From NCBI RefSeq assembly GCF_009914755.1, contig NC_060936.1: a DNA stretch of 64,000 nucleotides, one strand, 5' to 3'. The DNA is from the human T2T-CHM13v2.0 reference genome, Homo sapiens. Made by a program: the position numbers and the translations under genes. Of the stretch, positions 1 through 12,779 are shown piece after piece. The notes below the pieces were generated by a model that saw only the letters and a program-made list of their open reading frames with translations, searched no databases and was not told the origin of the DNA. How positions within the stretch are numbered: the stretch's first letter is position 1; the number at the start of each line of letters is the position of its first letter.

Positions 1-30
1 TATTTACCAGTTCTTCTTTCACTCAACACA

Positions 31-292
31 TTTTTTTTTTTTTTTTTTTTGAGACAGAGTCCTGCTTACTCACCCAGGCTGGAGCACAGTGGCGCAATCT
101 TGGCTCACTGCAACCTCTGCCTCCTGGGCTAAAGCGATAGTCCTGCCTCAGCCTCCTGAGTAGCTGGGACTACAGGCATGTGCCACCACGCCCAGCTAAT
201 TTTTGTATTTTTAGTAGAGATGGAGTTTCGCCATGTTGGCCAGGCTAGTCTCAAACTCCTGACCTCAGGTGATCCGCCTGCCTCGGCCTCCC
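31..292 (-). mobile_element. AluS-type SINE, 5'-truncated by about 35 nt
   Basis: Poly-T at 31-50 followed by antisense Alu body ending at cctcggcctccc; degenerate TSD cactcaacacattt / cactcaatgcaattt. Confidence 0.95.
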
Positions 293-431
293 CACTCAAT
301 GCAATTTCGAGGCAGTGCTGCAGGGTGGCTCAAGTGGAGCCCCTGCTGGGGATAGGATTAGCAGCTATGTGACTGCCAAGTTACTTCCCCTTTCTGAGCC
401 CTACATTCCTCGTCTTAAAAAATGTAGACTA

Positions 432-848
<417 letters not shown>

Positions 849-1188
849 TTACTATTTTCTACAGAAATAGGCATTTTTTTTTTCAAAATGTTTTGTTTTC
901 CTTTTCAGTTTTCTATTTGGCTATCACGTAACTTACTGGGTTTCTGCAGAGTCAAGTCCAGGCACAGATTTTCTTAGCATGACGTTAAATTGTCTCCATG
1001 GGGCTCGAACTCCTCAGTGAAGGTCTTATTGGTTTTATGCTGACATCCGATCTCTGAAAACATCAATGAACAAGAAGAGGAACAATTCCTATAAATCTAC
1101 TTTACTCATGCTGGAGTTTGAAAATAAGTTTGATCTTTTGGCTAAAGTTTTGCTATTCTGCATAAAAACTTCCAAGGCTTGGAAAGTT

Positions 1189-1192
<4 letters not shown>

Positions 1193-1230
<38 letters not shown>
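1193..1230. repeat. (CA)19 microsatellite
   Basis: Perfect CA dinucleotide run. Confidence 0.98.
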
Positions 1231-1233
<3 letters not shown>

Positions 1234-1428
1234 CACCTTTATGCAATTGCGAATTTTCCACGATGAGGAGTCTACAGCTCTCAGTTCTGTTTGTTGATTT
1301 TTCATTGCAGTGTACACGAGCTGGGGAAAAAATGCTGACTGGGATATAGACCAGTCTGTGGTGTAACATTTTCAGGTTTCGTACTTGCGTTGTTGCACCT
1401 CTGAGTTCAAGTTGAGTGTCAGACTTAC

Positions 1429-1562
1429 CATTTTCAATGGTGTTGCTGGGGCGTTTATGTAACACGTGCAGCAGCAGGAAAACACGGCTGCTCACATGGG
1501 CGGGGAGATGGTGCCCATTCCTCACCAGCTGGACACCAGCCCCGTCCCGTGATCAACTGACC
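1429..1562 (-). other. Candidate spliced exon (probably non-coding), unverified
   Basis: Minus-strand donor ATG|GTAAGT at 1429/1428; acceptor ctctatctttagctccag| at 1563/1562; several CpGs retained; no recognisable protein. Confidence 0.25.
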
Positions 1563-2879
1563 CTGGAGCTAAAGATAGAGGTCCCCCTTGTTCCCTTCCA
1601 AGACCAGTGAAGGTGCCCCCTTCCTTTTCCTCCTCCAAAACGTGCTTCCCCAGGTAGCTCTGCCTTCATGCTGGGTGAGGGAAGCCAAGACTATGTGAAC
1701 TGATGTTAAAATGAATAAGAAATGATTCCTGGCTGCAGCCCCAAACAGGTGAGTACCTGAGCCTTCAGAAACTGCAGGCACCAGCCCACTGGTTACCCCT
1801 GCTTTCCAGTCTTCCCAATCATGGCCCAGTCAATGTGGAGGAGAAACAGCCCATCCCTCCATTGTGAATTTCTGACCCACAAAATACGTGATCATTGAAA
1901 AAAGTTATTTTTATGCCATGGAGTCAGATCAGCCTGACTCTCTTCACCCCAAATAGGAAGGACCATAGTCCCATTGCTTAATCAGTCCCTGAGACCAGAG
2001 TTTTGGAATCATTTGGTTGGATTCGATTTGAGTCACAGGCGTTAATCCACCACACCACATGTACCATGGGTAGGGAGAGCAGCTTCATTGGGAAAAACCA
2101 TGATGTGGTTATGGAAACAGATGGCCTATGGGCATCCAGTAACAAAGTCCTGTATGTGCCTGAGCTACCAGGAGAAGAGTATTGGTGTGCCCAAGGGCAG
2201 TCAACCATGTCCCACAATAGAAACCCTGAAAAGTCTTAGGGATGCCTGTTCATTTTGCAGATGAAGAAACCAAGACACAAACATTTTAATGTCAGGTCAA
2301 GGCTGCAGGTTGCACCGTGGCAAAGCCAGGCCCAGATGCAGGTCCCCTGACCCCTGTGTCCAGCTCATCCTGCTGCTCTGTCTGGGCTTTCAGCTCTGCA
2401 TACTTCAGACACAACCTTGCGTGCTGATCTCCATGTGGAGATGGAGGCTCAGGCCTGTTGACTCCAACTTCGGATAAATGGGATAATAAACCAGAAACTA
2501 ATTCTGTGAGTGTCTGCTGAATTTTACCTCCCCCAGTTCAAATGCTGAAAGCCCCCAAAACTTGCAAGGTGTAATGTGAGGGGCAGAGGTGCCTAACTCA
2601 TCCAGATGGTTCAAATCTCTGTCTTTGTTAGAGGAGATATAATCCAAGCCTCAGTTTCTGTACCTGCAAACAGAACTTGAGGGTGGGAATGTGGCTCCTG
2701 AACCTTTAGCCAGGAGGTATTTTGGGGTTAATGGGGTGTATGAGACATAAGCTTTTATATTCCTGGGTTGATTTGCACAGTGAGGTGAAGCTGGCCAGGA
2801 ATGTTTTCCGTGCAGCCTCTGATTGCAGAAGTAGGGAATGGATTGTGGTGGATTTTAGCAGGTGTATCCTCCCAGGACC

Positions 2880-3330
2880 TCCTTGGTGATCCTCCTGTAA
2901 CTGCCTGCCCCTGCCGTGGGACTGGGCACGTGGCCTGCACTGGACCTATCCAATGAGGTCATCTGCCTGTCCTGGGCAACAGTGACTGGTCCAGGGAGTG
3001 GAGGTGTAACTCAGGAGGGCCAAGCAGAGCCTTTCCCTGAGAATTTTCAAACTAGAACATGGAGACAGAAGCCTTTATTTCTCCCTGGGGAAAGGCTAAA
3101 AGGATGTAAGGTCTAGAGCCACTAGTAACTAGGCCCCCACCTGATCAAATGCATAGCCCGGAGATTAAGTCAACGTTTAGTGGGGAAAAGGGAGCAAATC
3201 CTGAGCATTTGAGGACCTGATTCCTGTTCTTGACACCAAGTCTGTACCTGCTCTCTAAGCAGTTTTGCAATGTGAGCCAATGAATTACCACTTTGCTTAA
3301 GCCATTTAGAAATAAGTCTCCATCATGGGA
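2880..3330 (+). mobile_element. Old MaLR LTR remnant (MLT1J/K/L-like)
   Basis: Degenerate MLT1 motifs (cagtgactggtccaggga...; gagccaatgaatt...tttgcttaagcca); boundaries approximate. Confidence 0.55.
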
Positions 3331-6030
3331 TGGCACAGTGTCTTCCCCAAGCTTACCTAAGAAACGAGTCCTAGGGAAAGAGGTATCAGCAAGTAAGAGA
3401 AGAACTAAATGCAGTGTAATTTGAGCATTAACGTCTATGCTTTCATTTGTTCTTGGGGACCAGTGTAGCCTGGAGTTACAAGAATGGATTAAATTGGAGA
3501 CGATATATAAAGTTTCTGGCTCCTAAGAGTTATTCAAGAATATTCTCTCTCTTTTATTATATTAATCACATGCATAAGTGGTATCATTTTGCATCAGTAA
3601 TAGGCCTCTTTCAAGGGGCATTGACATTCCATTGGCTTTGTAGTTGCAGTTTCAACTACAATGGATATTAAATTTTGATTATTAATTTTGTCATTAATCT
3701 GTAAGTCTGGCTCGTGTTAAATCTTCTGAAGAGTAGAACCCTCACTCATTAATTGGCCATAGAATACAAATAATTATTTGTCCTTCATTGTCAGATCTAA
3801 GGTTTCTGTTGAAAATGTCTTTCATCTGCCAATTCTAAATAGATTTTTCACTCTTAAACCCAGTGCAATTTATCTTTTTCCCATTAGTCTATGGTAACCA
3901 TTTCCAACAGTGTTGCAAGTGACCTGCTAATTGTACATCTCAAGGATGTGTTTGATTTCTCATTTGTCTTATTTTTCTATAACATTAACACTGTCTACTT
4001 GTTTCTTCCTGAGGCTGTGATCCCCTAGTTTTGTAACAATATTTCTTGTTTTTTTCTTTCTTTGTGATTCCTCCCCAGTATTCGTTTGTGGCTTTCTTTT
4101 TCTCCACCTGCTTCTTATGTGTCCCCCAGAAATATATTCTTTCTTCAGTTCTAAACACTCGCCTTGGCATCTTTTTGACACCACAACTTGAAACACAAAC
4201 CATGAAGAGGTGGCCCCTGTATCTATCCAGGAAGTTGCTCTTGAGATCAGGACTGAATTCCACCCTGCCTATGGGATACCTTTTTTAGATAATGAAAACT
4301 TAGATTTTCTATAATATCTCCAAAAATATGCCCTCCCTCCCATTTTTCTATTTCCTCTATCTGTAAATGGTCTTACATGTTCTGCACAGCTCACTGCATT
4401 TGAATGTCTTCTCCAGGGGTTCACTCCCCTGGCCACTGTGGATAATTATTCATCAAACCCTGTCGGTTCCCAGTGCATCTGCACCACACTGCCCTCCGTC
4501 AGACCACCACGATTTCTCACATAGGGTGCGAAAGTATTCTCTAGATTCTTTTTGCCCTGCTCATTCTCCTGAAGCCTCCACACGATCACCAAAATGATGT
4601 TACAACACTACAAACATAGTCATGTTCTCTTCCTGCCTAAACTCCTTCATGACTTTGCAATGCCCTCCGGATAATGCCTGGACCTGTCACATGAGCCCTG
4701 TCTCCTCTCAAACCTCACCCCCAACCTCTCTTCCACATATTCAGGATTTCAAACTCTCCCAGTAGACACCCCTTGGAGTTACTGTGGTCTTTCTCAACTC
4801 CACTCCTGTGCATATATGATTCCTTTTTTTTTTTTGGAAAGAAAGCATTTCCTCTGTCTACTGGGTGCACTCTCCCTTAAAGACTTAGATGAGATGCCCT
4901 CCTTCCCCACAAGCCTGCTCTGCCTTCCCAGGAAGCCACACCAGCTCTGTGCTGTCAAACACTCTGGACACACCCTCTCTTATGTGTGTGTCATGTTGCC
5001 ATGCTTCTTACAAAAAAATGTGGTGTGCAGGGTACGTATCTTCCTCATCTCTGCACCCTCAGTACTTTCCATGGTCAGTGTCACCTAACAGCTCCCTATT
5101 AAATGCATGTTAAATGGATTAATGCATCATTAATTACCTAATCTTGATATTTTCTGTTTTTGAGAATACTGACAGCATGAATATAAGAGAAGTTTTGTAG
5201 ATGAAAACTGAGAAGAAAAGAAATAACACAGTGCATATGATCCCCAGAGCTTTCATTTTTCCAGAAAGGGGACTGATTAGGACAATCTTTGCTGGACTGG
5301 ATGCACCAGGAATGTACTCCAATAGGTGTGTGCTACCTCTGACATGCTCTGATTGTTTTTTCTTTTACTAGAAAGAGGGAAAGGGGTGGGAGCAGCTAAG
5401 GGATCATGTAACAGTGAAGTGGTCTTGTTGAAAGGAGACCTCCAGGAATCAGACATTGATGTCAGCATGTTTTTCTATTGAGCTACCTCAGACTGGCTGA
5501 GCCAACTCTTTGCAAAACTAAGAGGAGGAAGTGAGCCTCCAGGGAGTCCAGATTGTCTGTTGTGTCTGTGAAGATGCTATGCTCAGTTTGGGACATGTGT
5601 CTGAGGTGCCCATGAGTCATCCAAGGGTGAAGTCCTCCATATCTTAAGTGCATGGATCTGCTGCTCAGCAAAAAGTCACAGCTAATATTTTACGCTTCTC
5701 CCAGATGTTGAGATCAGCCCAGTGAGCTAACTCAGGTATATATTATTTATCACACCACTTTCCTGCCCTTTGATGTATTTTGTCATTTTTTAGTTAACAA
5801 GTGTGAGTCTTGCTATCATCATGAGGTGGTACCTTCTTCTGGTATGGGAATGGAATACTTACATGCATGTAGTGTGAATCCTCTCCCCACTAACAACCAC
5901 AACCCAGTACCAAAATAATCTCAAAATATTTTAAATATTTTTCTTTCTGATTACAAAGGTAATATGCCATCACAATAGGAAATTTGAAAAATACAATGTA
6001 ACACCAAGAAGCAAAAGTAAAATCACCCAT

Positions 6031-6555
6031 TGTTGTAGTTACAAAATATTTCCAAAAAGTATTTGATCATCGTCCACTCAATGAAACCCAATTCCCCTCT
6101 GAGTCAGTCTGGGTCGAACACTATGACTCACTCCTAATCTATAGAATGCAGCAGAAGTGACAGTGGCTGACTTCCAAGGCTGCACATAAAAGGTGCCATA
6201 TCATCCTCCTTGTTCTCACTTTCTTGGAGAATGTGCTTTGAGAGAAGTCAGGTGCCCTGTCATGGGAATCATAAAATAGTCCCATAGAGAGGATCATGTG
6301 ACAAGAAATGAAGGCCTCTTGCCACAACAGCATGAGTGAGCCATTTGGAAGTTGGATCCTCCAGACCCGGCTGAGCCTTCAGATGAGACCGCAGCCCCAG
6401 CCACCATGCTGACCACAGCCTTATGAGAGATTCTGGATTGAGACCACCCAGCTAAGCTGCTCCAGAATTCCTGGCCCTCAGAAACAAGGAGATGAGAAAT
6501 GTGGCTTTAAGCCACTCAATGTGTGGCTTGTTTTATAGCAATAGATACTTGATAG
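6031..6555 (+). mobile_element. MLT1F/G-like solo LTR
   Basis: tagaatgcagcagaagtgac...gacttccaaggct; gagccttcagatgagaccgcagccccagcc; terminal ...agcaatagatacttgata. Confidence 0.85.
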
Positions 6556-6990
6556 AACCATAACCAGCCACCCAGCAGAATATGTTGATAATTGTCCTGG
6601 CAGTCATTGTCTATGCGCATTTACACTTGCCCCTGCCCCTAACCTCCCCAACATGAGATCCCACACTAAGTATTATTTTGTGACTGGACTTTTTGTTCCC
6701 ATTTGCTGTGGTTTATCATAGTTATAGAAATTCCAGCTTATGATGTTACCTCTCTATACCAAACTACTCACTCTTTACTCTTGGAGATTAGATTATTTAT
6801 CATTGTTTGCAGTTATAAACAGGCTTTGGATATTATAATAGATATATTTTCCTTAAGATAATACTAAGAGTATAATTACTAGATAAAAGAGGATGTACAT
6901 TACTAAGTCTTTTGATAAATATGTCCAACGTGTCTTCCAGAAAATTTGAGCCAGAAATGTACAAGGCTACCTATTTCCCCATATTCTAAC

Positions 6991-7178
6991 AAAGTGGTTC
7001 TCAACAGGTGGCAATTTTGCCCTCAGGGTATATTTGGTAATGTCTGCAGATATGTCTCATTGTCCCAGCTAGAGGGGGAAGGTGCCCTGGCATTGAGGGA
7101 CAGGACAGAGACCTGGGATGCAGGATAGCCCTCCCCACAACAAAAAATTATTCCAAAATATTAATAGTGCCAAAGATA
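6991..7178 (+). mobile_element. MER20 DNA transposon within old L1M fragments
   Basis: agtggttctcaac...aattttgccctcaggg...tttggtaatgtctg, typical of the MER20 5' end. Confidence 0.8.
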
Positions 7179-8844
7179 ACAGGGTGTTAATGTTGTAAAA
7201 GGGATTTGCCAATGTGACAGGTGAAAGGTCATATCTAATTATTGTTCTAAATTGTGCTTTTGCTTTTATTTTTTGTTTTTGCTACTAGGGGACATAAATA
7301 GTTTTTAATCCTGTTATATCAGTTGACTACTCATGACTTTTCCCCATTTCTTCAATAATGCACTAGTCTTTCAAGGTGGCTGGTAGGAGCCCTTAATAAG
7401 ATATTAATGCTTTGTCATACACAGCAAATATTTTCCCCTAGTAGCTAAATGCCTTTTAAATTTTATTTGGGACATATAGAAACTTGCTTGTTTTTTATGT
7501 AGTGAAAACCATAAACCTTATCCTTTGTGGTTTCTTTCTTTGCTCTTAGGTTTGGGAAAGCTAATTTCATATTGAAAGATGATCATTAACCACCTCTATT
7601 TACTTGGTTTCATTTTCTTAGATTTAACTTTTCAATCTATTTGGAATTTATTGTGCTGTATGGTGTGAGGTGAGGATGTAATTCTCTTTTCTTACACAAA
7701 TAACCAATTGTTCCCTTGCCAAAGATTAAATCATTTATTTCTGCCGTCTGAACTGAAATATAAACAGTGTGTTTAAACTTCAGAAGAGACTTAAAACAGC
7801 ATTTATTAGATTGTGGGCATTATGAGACGATAAGTCACAATTTTCATTATGCATTAACGTCATCTTAATCACAAGAAATCACAATTATAGAGATATGATG
7901 AGTGTATTTCATCTGAAATTGTACTCCACATGAATGATTCAGAGTTTAATATTTGGCAGCCAACCCCAAACCAACTTGTTTTACTTTTCTAACCTATTAT
8001 CCTTAGATGTAGAAAAAGTAATTGCTTCATTTCAAGTAACTCATTCTTTGCTACTACATAGACTGAGCCTATAACAATAGAATATTTTTGTATTTCATGG
8101 AGATTTAATCAAAGCCATTTCATGTGCAATGGCAGAAATAAAGCTTTTTCTTCTAGATCCTCACTGCAGAATTTTAATAGTCATATTTAATCTTAGTTTA
8201 ACAAGTAGTAATCCCCCCAAGTTTACAATTGCCATCAGAAAGCACTGTGAGATCTTGTTGCAGTAGTAAGGTTTTGTATTGTTTGGACACATGGCTGGCA
8301 AATGGTGCAATGAAATAGCTCTCATTAAAATAAGGAGGTGACTTGCAAGGTAAACTGGGTCCTATTGCCATTTTTATTTTATTTATTATGTATTTATGTT
8401 TCCAGATGCATTTATTTATTCCTCATTCCTTGGCAAGTCGGACTGAGGTGATGTTTGCTTCAGAGGAAAGTGGTCTTTCACCCTAGGAGCTCTTAATCCA
8501 TAAGGAGGGTGGCCTTGTGGACAGGGTGTTTGTTTGGAGCCTGAGCATTTACAAGCCAGCCATGGAGTCTCAGGAATAATCTAGGCTGCCTTCTCACGAC
8601 CACTGCCTTCAGCTAATGGATGCAGGAGGCGCTCTGTGCTGCTCCCCATCCACTCAGAGTGATGCTTTCCCCCGAAATCCCTCAGCCCCAAACGTGCTCA
8701 GTTTCTTCCTCTCTTATACCATCTGTCCTCAGCCTTTACCCTACCCCTCCCTTCCACACATTGCCACCTACATGGTTTGCTGTAACCGATATCTTTTGAG
8801 GCAGCCATATAGGTCTGCAGATCCTTGTAAATGTGTCTGCAGTG

Positions 8845-8966
8845 CCGGGCTCCTGGAAGGCACCTGCGCACGGGTGAGACTGCCTTTGCCCACGTGAGAC
8901 CGGGCTCCTGGAAGGCACCTGTGCACGCGTGAGACTGTCTTTGCCCACGTGAGACAGGACTCTTGG
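8845..8966. repeat. 55-bp tandem duplication (about 2.2 copies) containing CACGTG E-boxes
   Basis: Unit ccgggctcctggaaggcacctgYgcacgSgtgagactgYctttgcccacgtgaga starts at 8845 and 8900 (3 mismatches); partial third copy at 8955. Confidence 0.95.
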
Positions 8967-9238
8967 TAGGCAACTGTCCCAAGCTGGGCTGCTCAGAGAG
9001 CCGGCCTCCCCAGGTTGCGGAAGTGAGGCAGGAGGCAGGCTGTCTGTCTGAGGAGCTGCAGACAGGTGTCTTCTGTTGGCTACATGAACTGAGCAGCAAA
9101 GGAAGAGAAACCACAGAGAAAGAAGTAAAGAACCGGTGGCCAGAGAGCAGTGGGCACACTGGCTTCCAGTTCCCAGTCCCTGTAATAAAGCAGGGCCTTT
9201 CTAGTTGCATTCCGTGAGAAATTCCTGTAGATTTTAGT

Positions 9239-9548
9239 AGAGATAGAGACAGAGATAGAGATAGAGACAGAGACAGAGACAGAGATGGAGATAGAGACAG
9301 AGACAGAGACAGAGATAGAGACAGAGACAGAGACAGAAATGGAGACAGAGACAGAGGTTGAGATAGAGACAGAGACAGAGACAGAGATGGAGATAGAGAC
9401 AGAGACAGAGATAGAGATAGAGACAGAGACAGAGATTGAGATAGAGACAGAGACAGAGACAGAGATCGAGATAGAGACAGAGACAGAGACAAAGATAGAG
9501 ATGGAGACAGAGACAGAGGTAGACACAGAGACACAGAGATAGAGATAG
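9239..9548. repeat. Compound hexanucleotide repeat (GAGACA/GAGATA)n, about 50 units
   Basis: Continuous purine-rich hexamer array; explains the (SL)n, (ET/EI)n, (VS)n and (CL)n ORFs. Confidence 0.98.
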
Positions 9549-9934
9549 CTCTGCTGAAGTTTTCTTGAGGTTTCTACTATTTCCAACCAAACATACAAAA
9601 ATTCCCCACAAAATTTCCCACAAAACTCTTCCCATGATAAAATGACTAATTTGGCTTGCTGATCTATAGTGATGATATTAGGATTGCCAGAGAAATACTG
9701 ACTGAGATCATCATCCAGTCTCTATTATAAAATCATAAACATATTTTATTGCTATGCAAAGAGAATATTCCATTGTGATCTAGATGTATGTGTACGTAGA
9801 TGTTTATTTGAATTGGATAAATGGTGGCATGGGAGACTGAGAGACATGAAACTAAATAATAGATTGAAAATTAAGCCTACTGTCTAATGGATTAAAATAA
9901 AAATTTTAAATAGCAAGAAATAACCAGTTAGCAA

Positions 9935-10328
9935 GGAAAAAAAAAAAAAGGAGCGAGACCAAGATGTGGAGCAGCTGGGACTCTCCTACATTCATGGTGG
10001 GCTTTTAAAATGCTGAAGCCGCTCAGCCAACAAAAAAGAATGAAACAGGGACACCAGCTACAGCATGGATGAGCCTGGAAAACTCTCTGAGTGAGCAGCC
10101 AGGCTCCAAAGGCCATGAGCCATGTGATTCCATTTTCATTAAATGCCCAGAATGAGTAAATCTGTAGAAATAAGAAGTTGCTTCGTGGTTGCCAGGATTG
10201 AGGGGTCGTGAAAAGTGGGGGTGACCGCTAAAGGGTATGAGTTTTCTTTTCAGCAATGACGAAAATGTTCTAGAGTTACATCATAGTGATCACAGAACCC
10301 TGTGAATAAACTCAAAAGGGTGACTTTT
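9935..10328 (+). mobile_element. L1MB/L1MC-type 3' end remnant
   Basis: aaaagaatgaa...acagcatggatgagcctggaaaac...gtggttgccagg...gaaaatgttctagag; continues after the Alu to about 10690. Confidence 0.8.
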
Positions 10329-10629
10329 GGCCGGGTTTGGTGGCTCATGCCTGTAATCCCAGCACTTTGGGAGGCCCAGACAGGTGGATTGCTTGAGCCC
10401 AGGAGTTCCAGACAGGCCTGGGGGATATGCTGAGACCATCTCTACAAAAAAATAAAAAATACAAAAATACAAAAATTAGCTCAGCGCAGTGGTGTGCACC
10501 TGTAGTCCCAGCTACTCAGGAAGCCAAGGCAGGAGGATCACTTGAGTCCAGGAGGTGGAGGCTGCAGTGAGCCAAGATCTCACCACTGCACTTCAGCTTG
10601 GGTGACAGTGAGACCCTGTCTCAAAAAAA
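10329..10629 (+). mobile_element. AluJ
   Basis: AluJ motifs (gcttgagcccaggagtt, ggaggatcacttgagtccagg); TSD ggtgactttt. Confidence 0.93.
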
Positions 10630-11849
10630 GGGAGAGGTGACTTTTATATTGTCTAAATGATGTCTTAATCATCTAAAAAGAATAAGAAAAATAAAAGAAC
10701 CAAAAAGGAAAAGTACGCGCTGCTTGCTCATTGGGCTGAGCCCACGTCCCTCCCTGTTCGGGGCCTTACTTCCTGCTGGGGGCCTCAGTCTCTGCGCCCA
10801 GGCCGTCCTGTGCAAATCTGCCTGCTGCCAGAGCCGGACCCCGAGCGCCTTGGGGTCAGAGGCGTGTCTTGGGTTTCAGAACCCGCCAGCACCATGCAAA
10901 AGTTAGGACATGGCCTTTTTTTGTCGCCCAACTGATTCTCCGACTGAGATCCACAAGTGCAGTCACCCCGAGGACAGGGAAGTTGGTTGTGCAAAATAGG
11001 AAGACAAGATGGCAGAGGCAGACAGGAAGAGCATGTTTTCTTGGCAGTCAGAGGCGAAGCCCCAGAAAGCCCAGGTTCTTTGGGCTGGCCACGGAGAAAA
11101 CGGAGTACACGGAAAAATGAAAATGGACTTCCCACAGACCCAGACAGACCCTGAAGTAGGGAAGAAACCAGGACTGGGAGAAAGCCAGAGCATCCAAGAC
11201 TAAGGAAGGCCTCCCTGTTAAATACCCATCAACATCTTCAATCGCATACCTGCACCCAGTGGCTTCCTTATCACCTGGAACACCTGCTGCAAGCGTTTCT
11301 GCGCACTGCAGTCATTCGACTAGGGAACGGGCTGCTGTTGGCATCTTGCACCCTGGAAGACAGATGCATGGGATAGAGAAAGGCCATTGGCTCCAGAGTC
11401 CTCCGCTCCCCTCCAAGACCCCTCAAGTCGGTAGGTGACAGTTACAGAAATGACAAGTCATATAAAAAATGAGCACCTCAAGTCTGTGCTTTCATCACAG
11501 ATCCTAGGCAACCGCTTTAAGAACGGGAGCCCAGTGACTCACAAACAGAGCACAGCCACCAGAAAGAAAACAGTCCTCCACCCACACCCCGGCCTCCGCC
11601 ATGGAGCGTGACACAGAGACAATGGAGCGTGCTGGAATCTTCTGGAAGAGTGAGTCAAACATTGAAAGCTTAAGATATCATCAGAAATGACAAGCATTTA
11701 AACACATTTCTCAAAATTCAACAAATGAACATTAATGTGTTTCGGCTGCACTATATTCATCCTCAACATTCCTTTGAGAATGTTAACATTCCTTTAAGAC
11801 AACACACTTTCCCCTAAAGCCGAGCATTTTTGGTGCTGCTGACCTCACT

Positions 11850-12240
11850 TCTAGGCCTTGGATGGGCACAGGGCCCAGGAATGGTTGGAAGACAGACACA
11901 CAATCAGAGGCCATCAAACCTTCTCCTGGTCTTTTGCTGGAGGCATCAGAAGAGGCGCTCGCTGCCTGAGATGCTAAGAGACTGGGAGGTGGATTTGAGC
12001 AGCTCAGTTTGCCATCCCAGCATCATGAGGGGAAACAATGGTTGCAAATGGAAGCAACTCAGAGGAATGGGGAGCTTTCAGATGAAAAGAGGTCCGTTGT
12101 TTGAGCACCTGAATCCAGCCATGCCTGCAGCTCGTATTTCCTATACACTGTATGATGATATGAACCAAACTGCTTTTTTTATCTTAAGTCACTTTGCATT
12201 GAGTTTCTGTCATTTGCAACCAATTGTCCTAACCAATAAA
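11850..12240 (+). mobile_element. Old MLT1J/K/L-like LTR remnant
   Basis: tttgagcacctgaatccagccatgcctg and terminal gagtttctgtcatttgcaacc...cctaaccaata; boundaries approximate. Confidence 0.7.
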
Positions 12241-12430
12241 CCAATAGATTGCCCATTGGGGATTAAAAGCAAACTCATTGCATGACCATCAGTTGACACT
12301 GTATCCTTTCTCAGGAGTAATTCTGAAACATGTCTTTACCATTGTATTTCTTCATTCATTCTCAAAGTAGAATTTTATACAGTCATTATGATTATCATTA
12401 TGCTAGGTTTAGGGGAGGTTATTAAGGGGT

Positions 12431-12779
<349 letters not shown>

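Noticed and set aside
8698-9635. Longest ORF in the track (278 aa) and overlapping 172, 133 and 85 aa ORFs
   Set aside because: They are dipeptide repeats produced by the hexamer microsatellite.
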